DNA of 64,000 nt, taken from a virus. Below the pieces are notes generated by a model. It was not told where the DNA came from. It did not search any database and saw only the letters and a program-made list of their open reading frames with translations. The first letter of the stretch is position 1; each line of letters opens with the position of its first letter. Below are positions 7,325-15,745 of this stretch, piece by piece. Location of the stretch: positions 1 to 64,000 of IMG/VR virus record IMGVR_UViG_3300045303_000182, one strand, 5' to 3'. A program made the translations under genes and the position numbers.

Positions 7325-9060
7325 GGATCCCCTCCGTCAGGTGGCAGCGAGGCATCGTAGTAACCATCCCAGGACTTGACCCCGACCTGCGCCCAGGAGG
7401 CGGGGTCGTAGTTTGTGATCCACATCTGATTCTCGTCGTCCCACTTGAGCGGGATGTTGCCGCTCTTGTTGTCCTCGTACCAGACGCCGTCGCGCATGTT
7501 GAGGCGGAACACGCAGTCGTAGAGCGGGATCACCAGGCCCTCCAGCGAGGGGTCCGGTGGCACCGGGGGGTCCATCAGCAGCCCGGTCTTCGGGTCGATC
7601 GGGTCCGGGTTGTTGGTGTCGGCTGGTGCCCACGGCCCAGGGAGGCCGACAGGATCCGCCTCGGGCGGAACCCACGTATCGCCATATGGCAAACTTGGAA
7701 TCGGCCGCACCTTGCTCAACAACTTCCGCATACGGAAGCCGTCGTCGTTGTCGGCGTCGAGCGGTGGCACAGTGGTAGCGGGCGGTTCGATGTCCTGCAG
7801 GTTCCAGTGGGCGTAGCCGTAGCTCAGGATCTGTGCCTTGGCGTTGGGACTCGCTGGCTCGACGCGGTCGAGGATCGACCAGTCGAAGTTGGCCTTCCGC
7901 AACTCCTTGGCGTTCCAAAGCCGACGCAGGCCATGGTACGGCAGGTAGTACGGGACCGACAGCGCCTGCATCACTGGAGGCACGTCGCCCTCCAGACCCT
8001 GGGCGAGCATCGTCGGGTATGTCACATTGGTGATGTGGTCCGAGCGCAGGAAGACGTAGTACGGCAGCACGGCCGATGACTCACCGTTGTCCTGAGCTCG
8101 CTGGATCTCGCGCCACAGGAAGCTCTTGAACGGTTCGAACGCGTAGTCGTTGGGCAGCGAACGATTGTCGAGGCCGAGGCCCTCATGGGCGTCGAGGAAC
8201 AGGAACCAGTCGCTGTCGTCGGGGTCACCGAACTCAAGGACATACTGCCGCCACTGCTCCTTGCGGAACTCGGTCGGGAGCACGAAGTAGTTGATGCCAG
8301 TGACCTTGTGGTGAGCGTCGGGGAACGTCTGCGCCCAGTTGACGATCCAGTACCGCGGTGTTCCAAGGTTCACGTCGAGCACGAAGAGGTTGTCGGTGTA
8401 CCAGTGGAGCCAGCGCACGCTCTTGCCCACGTCGAACTCGAGGTCACCGAACTGCGCCCCGATGATGGCGTGGACCAACGGCTCGGCTGTCGAGTGGACG
8501 GTGGGCTGCGGCGGTGCGCCGCGCGTCGAGCGGCGAGCCGACACGACTGGCTCGACCCACACCTCTTCCGTGACGTTGCTCCAGATCCCATCGAGGAGCC
8601 GCACCTGCCCAGCCGTCCCACTCGCAGGACGGTTCGGAGTGTCATATCGGAGTACGGCTCCAACCTCCATCACGGCGTCGGCCGGCGCAAAGCTCCCGAG
8701 GTCGGTCCAGTCGATCGAGTCCTCTGAGGAGGAGTAGCTGAGGACTCCGTCTTCGTGCTCGATACGCAGCGTCAGCGCTCGGCCGAAGAACGGAACGTAG
8801 ACGGTGTCGGTCTTCGCCGCTGGAGGCATGGGGTGGGCGAGAAGCTCGAGGAGCTCACCTGAGGCGAGTTTGACCGATAGCCCGATACCACCGCCCTGAT
8901 CTATCGATACGGGTGATACGAACGCCGTCCACGGACCTGAGGGCACTGGCTGGTACAGCGACGGCTCGTCAGACTCCATCCCGAAGATGTTGTCCTCGGG
9001 CCGATAGGCGAGCAGCCACGCATCGACGCTGACCGAGTAGGAGGCGATGTACGAGGGCAT
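7321..9060 (-). CDS. Lectin-like beta-sandwich fused to GT2-like glycosyltransferase domain
   Basis: Likely start MPSYIASY at 9060 (TGATG overlap); LRIEHEDGVLSYSSSEDSIDWTDLG is ConA-like; TDNLFVLD...DWFLFLDAHE resembles GT2 DWxxxLDADE. Confidence 0.55.
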   Translation of the reverse strand: MPSYIASYSVSVDAWLLAYRPEDNIFGMESDEPSLYQPVPSGPWTAFVSPVSIDQGGGIGLSVKLASGELLELLAHPMPPAAKTDTVYVPFFGRALTLRIEHEDGVLSYSSSEDSIDWTDLGSFAPADAVMEVGAVLRYDTPNRPASGTAGQVRLLDGIWSNVTEEVWVEPVVSARRSTRGAPPQPTVHSTAEPLVHAIIGAQFGDLEFDVGKSVRWLHWYTDNLFVLDVNLGTPRYWIVNWAQTFPDAHHKVTGINYFVLPTEFRKEQWRQYVLEFGDPDDSDWFLFLDAHEGLGLDNRSLPNDYAFEPFKSFLWREIQRAQDNGESSAVLPYYVFLRSDHITNVTYPTMLAQGLEGDVPPVMQALSVPYYLPYHGLRRLWNAKELRKANFDWSILDRVEPASPNAKAQILSYGYAHWNLQDIEPPATTVPPLDADNDDGFRMRKLLSKVRPIPSLPYGDTWVPPEADPVGLPGPWAPADTNNPDPIDPKTGLLMDPPVPPDPSLEGLVIPLYDCVFRLNMRDGVWYEDNKSGNIPLKWDDENQMWITNYDPASWAQVGVKSWDGYYDASLPPDGGDP

Positions 9061-9635
9061 CAGCGATACGCCCCCTTGCGCCGCCGAAGCTCGACCTGGA
9101 TCGCCGTCTGCTGGAAGGGGCAGACGTAGCAGAGGTAGGTGCGGTACTGCGGTGGCACGGTGATGGTGTGGCCGTCGCCATCGTTGTACGTCGCCGGTCC
9201 GATGCGCCGGTCGTCGTTCATGTAGTCCGAGCAGCCGCTCTGGATGTCCGGGTTGCCGTGCTTGTTGTAGCACTGCAGCGCCGCGTCGCGGTAGTCGTCC
9301 TTCTCCTCGTACCAAGCGTCGGTCTGCTTGTGAAGCTCGTCGCGGATCTTGGTGACCACGTCCATCGTGTCCCAGGTCTTCTGGTCCACGGCGTAGACCT
9401 GGATCAGCCCCGATATCACATCACGATCGTCGCGGCCGTGGGAGTGCCGCTCCACGAAGTCTTCCAACACCGGGTCGTAGGCGGCGACCATCTGCGGCAA
9501 GCCGGTGTCGTCCCGGTAGATGAAGTCGAAGCCCTCCTTGAACTCGATGCGCGCCGGCACCTTCGGTGTCTTCGGCGGCACGTCGGGGATCCGCTGCAGG
9601 ATGTGGCACCAGTTGCATTGGGCTAGACGGGGCAT
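9060..9635 (-). CDS. Cys-rich phage protein (possible Zn binding)
   Basis: PRLAQCNWC at the N-terminus and YLCYVCP near the C-terminus. Confidence 0.75.
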   Translation of the reverse strand: MPRLAQCNWCHILQRIPDVPPKTPKVPARIEFKEGFDFIYRDDTGLPQMVAAYDPVLEDFVERHSHGRDDRDVISGLIQVYAVDQKTWDTMDVVTKIRDELHKQTDAWYEEKDDYRDAALQCYNKHGNPDIQSGCSDYMNDDRRIGPATYNDGDGHTITVPPQYRTYLCYVCPFQQTAIQVELRRRKGAYR

Positions 9636-9973
9636 CAGATGTGCTTCTCCCAGTTTGGATGACCCTTCTTGACCAGCCGGATGCGGTCGGGAGGGATGTG
9701 TTCGGGAGAGAACTTAGTGGCTGATGGCTGTGACTCATCCGTCTTGAGGTCCATGCCGGTCACGTTCACACGCCAGCGGTCGTAGCCGAAGTGCGAAGCG
9801 TCGTTCATGCTCGACCCGTACTCCGAGTGTGATAGAGGAGCCATGTACACACCCTTGGGCAGGTCGCTCGCCATGTACGGCACCGAGGGGCGCAGGCCGG
9901 TCGAGCGGATCGACTCACGATCGTTGAGATGCGATTCGTGGTAGAGGAACTGCTGCGGGTGCAGGACGCTCAT
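9635..9973 (-). CDS. ADP-ribosyltransferase-fold (Tpt1/KptA/PARP-like) small protein
   Basis: LYHES...SIRSTGLRP...GVYM...HIPPDRI matches the LYHxT..SI..GL.P..GVY..IPP..I pattern; ATGA overlap at 9970-9973. Confidence 0.65.
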   Translation of the reverse strand: MSVLHPQQFLYHESHLNDRESIRSTGLRPSVPYMASDLPKGVYMAPLSHSEYGSSMNDASHFGYDRWRVNVTGMDLKTDESQPSATKFSPEHIPPDRIRLVKKGHPNWEKHI

Positions 9974-10872
9974 GAGTACCCCGGCGACGACTTGGCTTCC
10001 CAAATGTCAGCCCAGTGCTGCACCGGGATCGGCTGGTCCGGGTTGATGTCCTCCTGCGCCGCGATGCGGTGGTGCCCACCCACGACCGACGGCTTGCCGT
10101 ACTGACCCATCTGGTTGTACGAGAGGTGGACCGGCGACTGCACGCCCTCGGCGCTGATCTTGTCGTAGAGAGTCGCCCCGCCGTAGTTGTTCTGCTCGTC
10201 CCACTCGTTGTAGGCCCGGTCGTAGTGCGACTGGACGTGATCGCCGTAGCTGTCCTCGCGTTCGTGGTACTCATCCCACGTCGATGTTCCTGGTACCCGT
10301 CCCCCAGTGCCGCGCTCAGGATGCGCTGGCGGCTTGATGTCGCTGGGCATGAACCCTTCCGGGTTGTCATAGTCAGGCGGTCCGCTCTGGCTGCCGAACG
10401 CCCCGCCGCGGTGGTGCTCGCGGTAGTCGCTGGGGTCCATCTGCGTCTCTTGGAGCTTGCGGGCGTATAGCTGGTCGTCCGTCTCTTCGGCCCAGTCCTC
10501 GTTGCGCGCGTACGGGTAGTCCTTGACCTGTGACGCCCCACCGTGCCAGCGCCCCCAGCGCTCCTTCAACGCCGTGTTCGCCACGATGTTCGGCTCGCCG
10601 GCAGTCGTCTCCGGGCGACGTGTCATCTCGCCAGCGCGATCCGGCTCGACATCTTCACGGTCGGCGTCGAGCGCTTGGTACTTGCTGCGGATCTCACGCG
10701 GCGTCATGAACATCTGGAACTGACCGGGGTGCGTGTTCGGCACGATCCTCGACGGCTGCGGCTGGTCGTTGGAGCCAGGGGCGGCGTCGGGCGGCATCTC
10801 GAACAACTGGGGCTGACGCCGCCCCACGTTCTCGCCCTCATCGAATGGGAGTCGCTGCTGGCCCTTCATCAC
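9970..10872 (-). CDS. ParB/sulfiredoxin-like domain protein with long acidic N-terminal region
   Basis: LYDKISAEGVQSPVHL...VVGGHHRIAA at the C-terminus (GHHR motif). Confidence 0.7.
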   Translation of the reverse strand: MMKGQQRLPFDEGENVGRRQPQLFEMPPDAAPGSNDQPQPSRIVPNTHPGQFQMFMTPREIRSKYQALDADREDVEPDRAGEMTRRPETTAGEPNIVANTALKERWGRWHGGASQVKDYPYARNEDWAEETDDQLYARKLQETQMDPSDYREHHRGGAFGSQSGPPDYDNPEGFMPSDIKPPAHPERGTGGRVPGTSTWDEYHEREDSYGDHVQSHYDRAYNEWDEQNNYGGATLYDKISAEGVQSPVHLSYNQMGQYGKPSVVGGHHRIAAQEDINPDQPIPVQHWADIWEAKSSPGYS

Positions 10873-11081
10873 TACCTCGTCGCGTAGGGGTTACGAGCGC
10901 GCTTGGGCTGGCCCTGCTTGTCCTCGTAGTGGCCGGTCGAGCACGTCAGCCCGCCATCGGACTGCTTGAAGAGCTTCTTCTTGGTGTGGGTGTAGCCACA
11001 CTCGGCGCAGCAGTACGACTCAGCCTCGGGCTGAGTGCCAGCACCGATCTGGAAGTGCTCGTTGCTGCGCCCCGCAGGCAT
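10872..11081 (-). CDS. Small Zn-finger-like protein
   Basis: CAECG...LTCSTGH; TGATG overlap. Confidence 0.65.
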   Translation of the reverse strand: MPAGRSNEHFQIGAGTQPEAESYCCAECGYTHTKKKLFKQSDGGLTCSTGHYEDKQGQPKRARNPYATR

Positions 11082-11087
11082 GACGAC

Positions 11088-11333
11088 TCAGAACCGGATG
11101 TCGCCAGAGTCGTTGGTCTTGCGCTCGCGGGGCAGAGGGAGACGCTGTGCCATCACCTCACCGAAGGGGTGATCGCGGTGCATCTCGGCCTGACCGTACG
11201 TCGGCCACGTCAGGCGCTCGGTCGGCACTACGGATGGCACCCCACCGCGGTCCGGGGCAAGTTGGATGTATGTCTCATCCACAGTGCCCTGGGCGAACTC
11301 GAGGTTCATGGATCGTGACTCATTGACAGCCAT
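11088..11333 (-). CDS. Hypothetical protein
   Basis: Start MAVNESRSMN at 11333 after an AGGAG RBS and TGATG overlap. Confidence 0.65.
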   Translation of the reverse strand: MAVNESRSMNLEFAQGTVDETYIQLAPDRGGVPSVVPTERLTWPTYGQAEMHRDHPFGEVMAQRLPLPRERKTNDSGDIRF

Positions 11334-11410
11334 CAGACTCTCCTGACGAGATAGATGATGAGCAGGATGACCAGGATCAGGATCAGGATCCCTCCAACGC
11401 CGTAACCCAT
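11333..11410 (-). CDS. 25-aa membrane micropeptide
   Basis: MGYGVGGILILILVILLIIYLVRRV; AAGGAGG RBS; its stop overlaps the next start. Confidence 0.65.
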   Translation of the reverse strand: MGYGVGGILILILVILLIIYLVRRV

Positions 11411-11413
11411 GAC

Positions 11414-11824
11414 TCATCCTCCTTGATTCGGTGAAGCGCTGAACCCGCGCAGGGTGCCCGACCACTGGTCTTCGATCTGGTCAACGTGACGCGGCTGACG
11501 GGGCGTGCCCGAGAACCAACTCCTCTGCTGGGGTGTCCAGCGATCGGTCTGGAGCACCTGATCGATCGTGAGTTGCACGTTCGGGCCGTAGCCAAGCTGT
11601 GCCGGGAAGGGGTTGGAGATGAAGGGCGGGCGCACCGTGCGGATCGCTTCCGCGGGCACCTGCATCAACCTCATCGCCTCGGAGACGATGTACTCAGTCT
11701 TCGTCGTGAACGGCCGCGGTTGCCAAGGGTTGACCTGCGGAGCGTTCTCTTGGATCACGCTGCCACCCGCGGTGGACCCAGCACCCACTGGGTCGTAGAT
11801 CTCGCGGGAGACGATGACAGCCAC
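11414..11824 (-). CDS. Hypothetical protein
   Basis: 136-aa ORF; TAACGT 6 nt upstream of the GTG. Confidence 0.65.
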   Translation of the reverse strand: MAVIVSREIYDPVGAGSTAGGSVIQENAPQVNPWQPRPFTTKTEYIVSEAMRLMQVPAEAIRTVRPPFISNPFPAQLGYGPNVQLTIDQVLQTDRWTPQQRSWFSGTPRQPRHVDQIEDQWSGTLRGFSASPNQGG

Positions 11825-11893
11825 GCTGCGACGTTAGCGCAGTATGGCCTTCCTAAGGGAGGTATGGCGGGGCTGTGACACCCCGCCACGCCA

Positions 11894-12133
11894 TCACGGT
11901 GTACGCGGCGGGTTGTCCGGGTCCGGGTAGGTGTTGGGATCCTCCCGGTGGTGCTCGACGTGATCACCCTCTTCGTCAGCAGGACTCTCATCGACAGCCT
12001 CGTCGTCGTCGTCCTTGTTGTGACCTGGAGCGTCCTCGGACTTGCCCCGGTTGTTGCCAGGGCCTCGAGGCGGCTGCTTCTCGTCAGGAAGATCCTGGTT
12101 CGGCTCGGGGTCGGTTGGCTTGCGCGTCGCCAT
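11894..12133 (-). CDS. Small acidic, disordered hypothetical protein
   Basis: D/E/P-rich; TGATG coupling with the upstream gene. Confidence 0.6.
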   Translation of the reverse strand: MATRKPTDPEPNQDLPDEKQPPRGPGNNRGKSEDAPGHNKDDDDEAVDESPADEEGDHVEHHREDPNTYPDPDNPPRTP

Positions 12134-12351
12134 CAGTCGTCGGACTTCTTGGTCTTCTTGTCGCTCTTGCCGCTGGCGAGCGACGCGCGCACGTCGTCGG
12201 GAAGGTCGGCGTCTGCGCCGGCAACGAGAGCTTCCTGAGCGCTCATCCCCGAGGGGTAGTACGGACCCACGTCGGGCTGATCGTCGGGCATGCGGCTGAT
12301 GGTCTGCCGCGGGCCGTCCTTGGCGTCCTTGGTGTCCTTGGTGTCTGCCAT
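12133..12351 (-). CDS. Small hydrophilic hypothetical protein
   Basis: Strong AGGAGGAG RBS. Confidence 0.65.
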   Translation of the reverse strand: MADTKDTKDAKDGPRQTISRMPDDQPDVGPYYPSGMSAQEALVAGADADLPDDVRASLASGKSDKKTKKSDD

Positions 12352-12398
12352 TAGTAACTCCTCCTGTTGGGGCTAGCTAGCGTCGCGATCGTACCCCT

Positions 12399-12587
12399 CT
12401 AGAGCACCAGCCAACCGAGGGCGACCAGGCACAGGCCCGCACTGATCAGCGTGGCGTAGAAGGTCTTCACCTGATAGGCGAACACTGCGGCGATGCCGAA
12501 CAGGATCGCTGCGATCAGGAAGAAGATGTCGGCAAGGTTGAGGTTGCCCTGGAAGATGCCGTCATCAACGGCAAGCAGTGTGTGCAT
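12399..12587 (-). CDS. Two-TM membrane protein (holin-like)
   Basis: Two hydrophobic helices; lies in the lysis cassette; AAGGAG RBS. Confidence 0.65.
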   Translation of the reverse strand: MHTLLAVDDGIFQGNLNLADIFFLIAAILFGIAAVFAYQVKTFYATLISAGLCLVALGWLVL

Positions 12588-12598
12588 TCGTATCTCCT

Positions 12599-13282
12599 TT
12601 AGTCGGCGGCACAGATCGTGACCAGAAGGTCTTGATCGACCGGTTGTCGTTGGTGTACTGAGATGGTTTCCAGATGGAAGCCCGTTTCACACACCGGGCC
12701 TGGCGGTCCTTCAGGGCCTACGGGACCGGTGGCTCCGGGTGTTCCTTGCAGACCAGCTTCCCCTTGTGGTCCCGTGGCCCCAGGTGCGCCGACCTCACCG
12801 GGTGGACCGGGTTGTCCTTGCTCACCGGCTGGCCCCACCGGTCCAGCGGGGCCTGTCTCTCCCGTTGCTCCTGGCGCTCCTGTAGCGCCCGCAGGCCCTG
12901 GCGCTCCGCTTCTTCCCGGCTCGCCTTGAGCACCTTGCCGACCAGGATTCCCACTGGGACCGACAGGGCCAGCCACACCAGCAGCCCCAGCACTACCCAC
13001 CGCACCCGTTTCACCCGTCAGCCCCTCCGGGCCTTGAGGCCCTGGTGGTCCTGGAGGCCCAGGTGGACCCTGCGGTCCGGGATCACCCTGCTGAGGGACA
13101 CTACTAGCTGGTATCGAGCTATCAGGGGGGATACCAGACGAAGGTGCTGTCGTTGAGCTCGAGCTCGAGGCCGGCGTAGTTGCCGGCGTGGCTGAGTCGG
13201 CCAGCGCTCCAGTGCTGACGAGGGTCAGCGCGCCAACCGCGGCGCAACAGGAGAGTGCGTAGAGCGGGGTGAACTGCTTCAC
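12599..13282 (-). CDS. Secreted or anchored collagen-like protein
   Basis: Signal-peptide-like N-terminus, Ser/Pro linker, about 40 G-X-Y triplets, C-terminal two-Cys cap. Confidence 0.85.
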   Translation of the reverse strand: MKQFTPLYALSCCAAVGALTLVSTGALADSATPATTPASSSSSTTAPSSGIPPDSSIPASSVPQQGDPGPQGPPGPPGPPGPQGPEGLTGETGAVGSAGAAGVAGPVGPSGNPGRQGAQGEPGRSGAPGPAGATGAPGATGETGPAGPVGPAGEQGQPGPPGEVGAPGATGPQGEAGLQGTPGATGPVGPEGPPGPVCETGFHLETISVHQRQPVDQDLLVTICAAD

Positions 13283-13557
13283 GACGGCGGCTCTTCGTCT
13301 CTCTCACCGGGCCGCGTGGTCAGATCCTCGGGGCCACCCGTGGTGTTGGACGTTGCCTTGCCAGCGATCAGGCCGAGGAGGGCACCCAAGATGCCCGACA
13401 CCAGCGACGCCAGCGTGTTGGCGATGATGCCGGTGTCGGCGTCGGGGTTCTTGACCTCCACGATCAGGATCAGCACGCTCAGCCCGACGATGAAGAACGC
13501 CACGATGAACGTGAACGTGATGACCATGATCTCGATGACAGAGCGCCTCTTGAACAT
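13279..13557 (-). CDS. Putative holin (two TM helices)
   Basis: Immediately downstream of the endolysin; two TM helices and a charged C-terminal tail. Confidence 0.65.
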   Translation of the reverse strand: MFKRRSVIEIMVITFTFIVAFFIVGLSVLILIVEVKNPDADTGIIANTLASLVSGILGALLGLIAGKATSNTTGGPEDLTTRPGERDEEPPS

Positions 13558-13587
13558 GGTGGGTGGTGCTCATGGTGTGAGCAGGGG

Positions 13588-14391
13588 TCATCCGCCCGAG
13601 ACGTTGAGGATGTACTTCCACGTCTGTGGACCGACCCACGCGTCCTGGGTGAGGCCACCGTCACGCTGCATCCTCTTCACAGCGTCCTGCGAGCGCGGCC
13701 CGTAGTCGCCGTCGGGCTTGCCGCAGTCGTAGGCGGGGTCGCCAATCTGCTTGAAGTGACCCTGCGCGATCTGCTGGATCAAGTACACGTCACCGTTGCC
13801 GCGGAGTTGCTCCCGCTTGGCCGGTGTCACATCGTTCTTCTGAAGTTCCAAGGTGTAAGTCCCTCCTGCTGGTGGCGTGACGGGTGGCGGCGTGACGGGC
13901 GGTGGTGTGATGTTCGGCAGATCCCAGGTGTAGAGCGGCGGCGGCGACGTGGCGTAGCGCCGGCTGGCCGTGATCTCGGTCGGCTGGATGTGCCACGGCT
14001 CGTTGCCCACGTACTTGAACGTGCGGAAGCCGTAGGCCCCGCAGTGTGTCTCCATCCACGGCCACGACACGTTGGGCACGGTGTCGATGGCGAACGCCGT
14101 CGGGCTGTGCGGGTTGACAGGGCATGACTCATGCCAGGAGTTGCCAGGCTTGGCGAAGCCAGGCGGGGGAGGGTCAGGCTGCGTGCGCCAACCGGTACCG
14201 ACGCCAAGGTTGACGCCGACGGCGTATGCGTCGTGGATGAGCGCCCCGAACCGTCGCTGCACCTCCGGGTGGAGATGGTTGAAGGTCTTCTTGGCGCACA
14301 ACTGACCCCACGTCAGCATCGTGCCCATGCCCTGGGGACCGCCATCAGGAGGCCGCGCGTAGCCATACGGGAACAGCGGCTCGTCACTCAT
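13588..14391 (-). CDS. Endolysin: M15-type Zn peptidase plus peptidoglycan-binding domain
   Basis: AKPGNSWHE...AID...EPWH; PPPVT linker; DGDYGPRS...DAWVGPQTW PG-binding motif. Confidence 0.9.
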   Translation of the reverse strand: MSDEPLFPYGYARPPDGGPQGMGTMLTWGQLCAKKTFNHLHPEVQRRFGALIHDAYAVGVNLGVGTGWRTQPDPPPPGFAKPGNSWHESCPVNPHSPTAFAIDTVPNVSWPWMETHCGAYGFRTFKYVGNEPWHIQPTEITASRRYATSPPPLYTWDLPNITPPPVTPPPVTPPAGGTYTLELQKNDVTPAKREQLRGNGDVYLIQQIAQGHFKQIGDPAYDCGKPDGDYGPRSQDAVKRMQRDGGLTQDAWVGPQTWKYILNVSGG

Positions 14392-14525
14392 GCTGGCTCC
14401 TCGTCGGGGAACAGGTCCGGGTTGTTGACGTGCTCGGGGGAGTCGATGAACTCCCGCCGATCGCCGTCAGGATCACCCTCGTCGTAGACCGGCACTTCCT
14501 CGTCGTCGTTTGGTGTGTCGCTCAT
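14388..14525 (-). CDS. Small acidic protein (45 aa)
   Basis: MSDTPNDDEEVPVYDEGDPDGDRREF...; AAGGAGAGG RBS; ATGA overlap with the endolysin. Confidence 0.6.
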   Translation of the reverse strand: MSDTPNDDEEVPVYDEGDPDGDRREFIDSPEHVNNPDLFPDEEPA

Positions 14526-14543
14526 ACCTCTCCTTGTCCGTTG

Positions 14544-14759
14544 TTACATCGTCCTCAACGAAGGGTCGAGGCCGAGTTGCTCGACCTCGTCAGCATTGAA
14601 GGCCGCACCGCTGGTGCGGTCCACCCAATCCTGACCCGACCACACCGCTCGGTTGGCGGGAGGTCCGGTCGGCGCACGCGTCACCTGATGGTGCGAGGTG
14701 GGGTCTTGAGTCCTGGTGGCGGTGATCCGGTGGGCCGCACCTTGTCGTTCCTGAGGCAT
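14544..14759 (-). CDS. Hypothetical protein
   Basis: AAGGAGG RBS; 71 aa. Confidence 0.6.
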   Translation of the reverse strand: MPQERQGAAHRITATRTQDPTSHHQVTRAPTGPPANRAVWSGQDWVDRTSGAAFNADEVEQLGLDPSLRTM

Positions 14760-14814
14760 GGCAACCTCCTTCCCTTAGGAAGTCTGCCATATCGGGCTAT
14801 CAGACCCTGGTACC

Positions 14815-15144
14815 TCAGGCGCGGAGACCCTTCCACTGATCACGCGTCGTGCTCTTCAGCTTGGACTTCAGGCTGCTCATCGACCCCGAGTGACTGAAGT
14901 CCCCGACGCTCTTGTAGTAGCTACCCGAGAGGTCGCGCTCGTCGTGCGGACCGTGGACGACCTTGACCATCCACTGGTTCGGACTCGTCTCGGTGGCCTG
15001 CGCGCGGATGGCGTGAGGCTCACCGCTCTGGCGACCGGGCACGTTGATTTCGTGATACACGGTGCGGTAGCCGGTGTTGTAGTTCTTGCTCTCGCTGAAC
15101 TCGCCCTCGGGGTTGGGCTGCTTGCGCTGCGGTGCCGACGGCAT
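14815..15144 (-). CDS. Hypothetical protein
   Basis: GGGAGG RBS; 109 aa; typical codon usage. Confidence 0.65.
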   Translation of the reverse strand: MPSAPQRKQPNPEGEFSESKNYNTGYRTVYHEINVPGRQSGEPHAIRAQATETSPNQWMVKVVHGPHDERDLSGSYYKSVGDFSHSGSMSSLKSKLKSTTRDQWKGLRA

Positions 15145-15147
15145 GCA

Positions 15148-15732
15148 CTACCTCCCTGGGTACGGGACAGCCATGCCGGGATTCGCCCTTCCAGTGCTCC
15201 AACCCGGAGCCTGAGATCGCAGCGTGGCGACACGGTCTGGATCGGGGACGGCAGGAGCCAGGCCGCTGCCAGGCTTGGCGTAACGAGCGCCGACCGGGAC
15301 ACTACGCGGACCCACCTTGCGATCGGTGGGGTAGCGCTCGTCCTCCAGCATCCCGCCTTCAGCGAGGCCAGGCGGTGAGAACCTCTTGCCCTGTGACTCC
15401 AGCGCGATGCCGGTCCACAGATTGAACTCCTCGGGCCAGAAGTAGTCACGCGTGTCGATGCGCTCGCCCTTGTGGACGCCGCGCGTGTACGGACGGTTCT
15501 GCGTGCGCGCCTTGAGGCCATCCATCAGCCGGTCGCCACGCCGGCTCGGGACCGTGCCGAGGTAGCCGTCGGGGTACGTCGCCTCTGGCGTGCGCCGCCA
15601 GTTCATCCGCACGGCGTCGAGCATGCTGTGGGCGTACGGCACCGGGCCGAATGTCTCAGCGACGCGGAACGGAGCGTCGGAGCCGGGGTACTGCGACCCT
15701 GCTCGCTGCACCTGGCTGAAGGACTGAGCCAT
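15148..15732 (-). CDS. Phage hypothetical protein
   Basis: Likely start MAQSFSQ at 15732 (TAACAT 7 nt upstream); YPDGYLGT..SRRGDRL..RGVHKGERID block. Confidence 0.7.
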   Translation of the reverse strand: MAQSFSQVQRAGSQYPGSDAPFRVAETFGPVPYAHSMLDAVRMNWRRTPEATYPDGYLGTVPSRRGDRLMDGLKARTQNRPYTRGVHKGERIDTRDYFWPEEFNLWTGIALESQGKRFSPPGLAEGGMLEDERYPTDRKVGPRSVPVGARYAKPGSGLAPAVPDPDRVATLRSQAPGWSTGRANPGMAVPYPGR

Positions 15733-15745
15733 GGCCCGGATGTTA

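Noticed and set aside
9061-9315. ORF-track 5' extension of the 7321 gene (similar extensions at 25871, 28673, 42681, 15148, 19958)
   Set aside because: The extensions overlap upstream genes; internal starts with coupling, an RBS or a -10 box fit better
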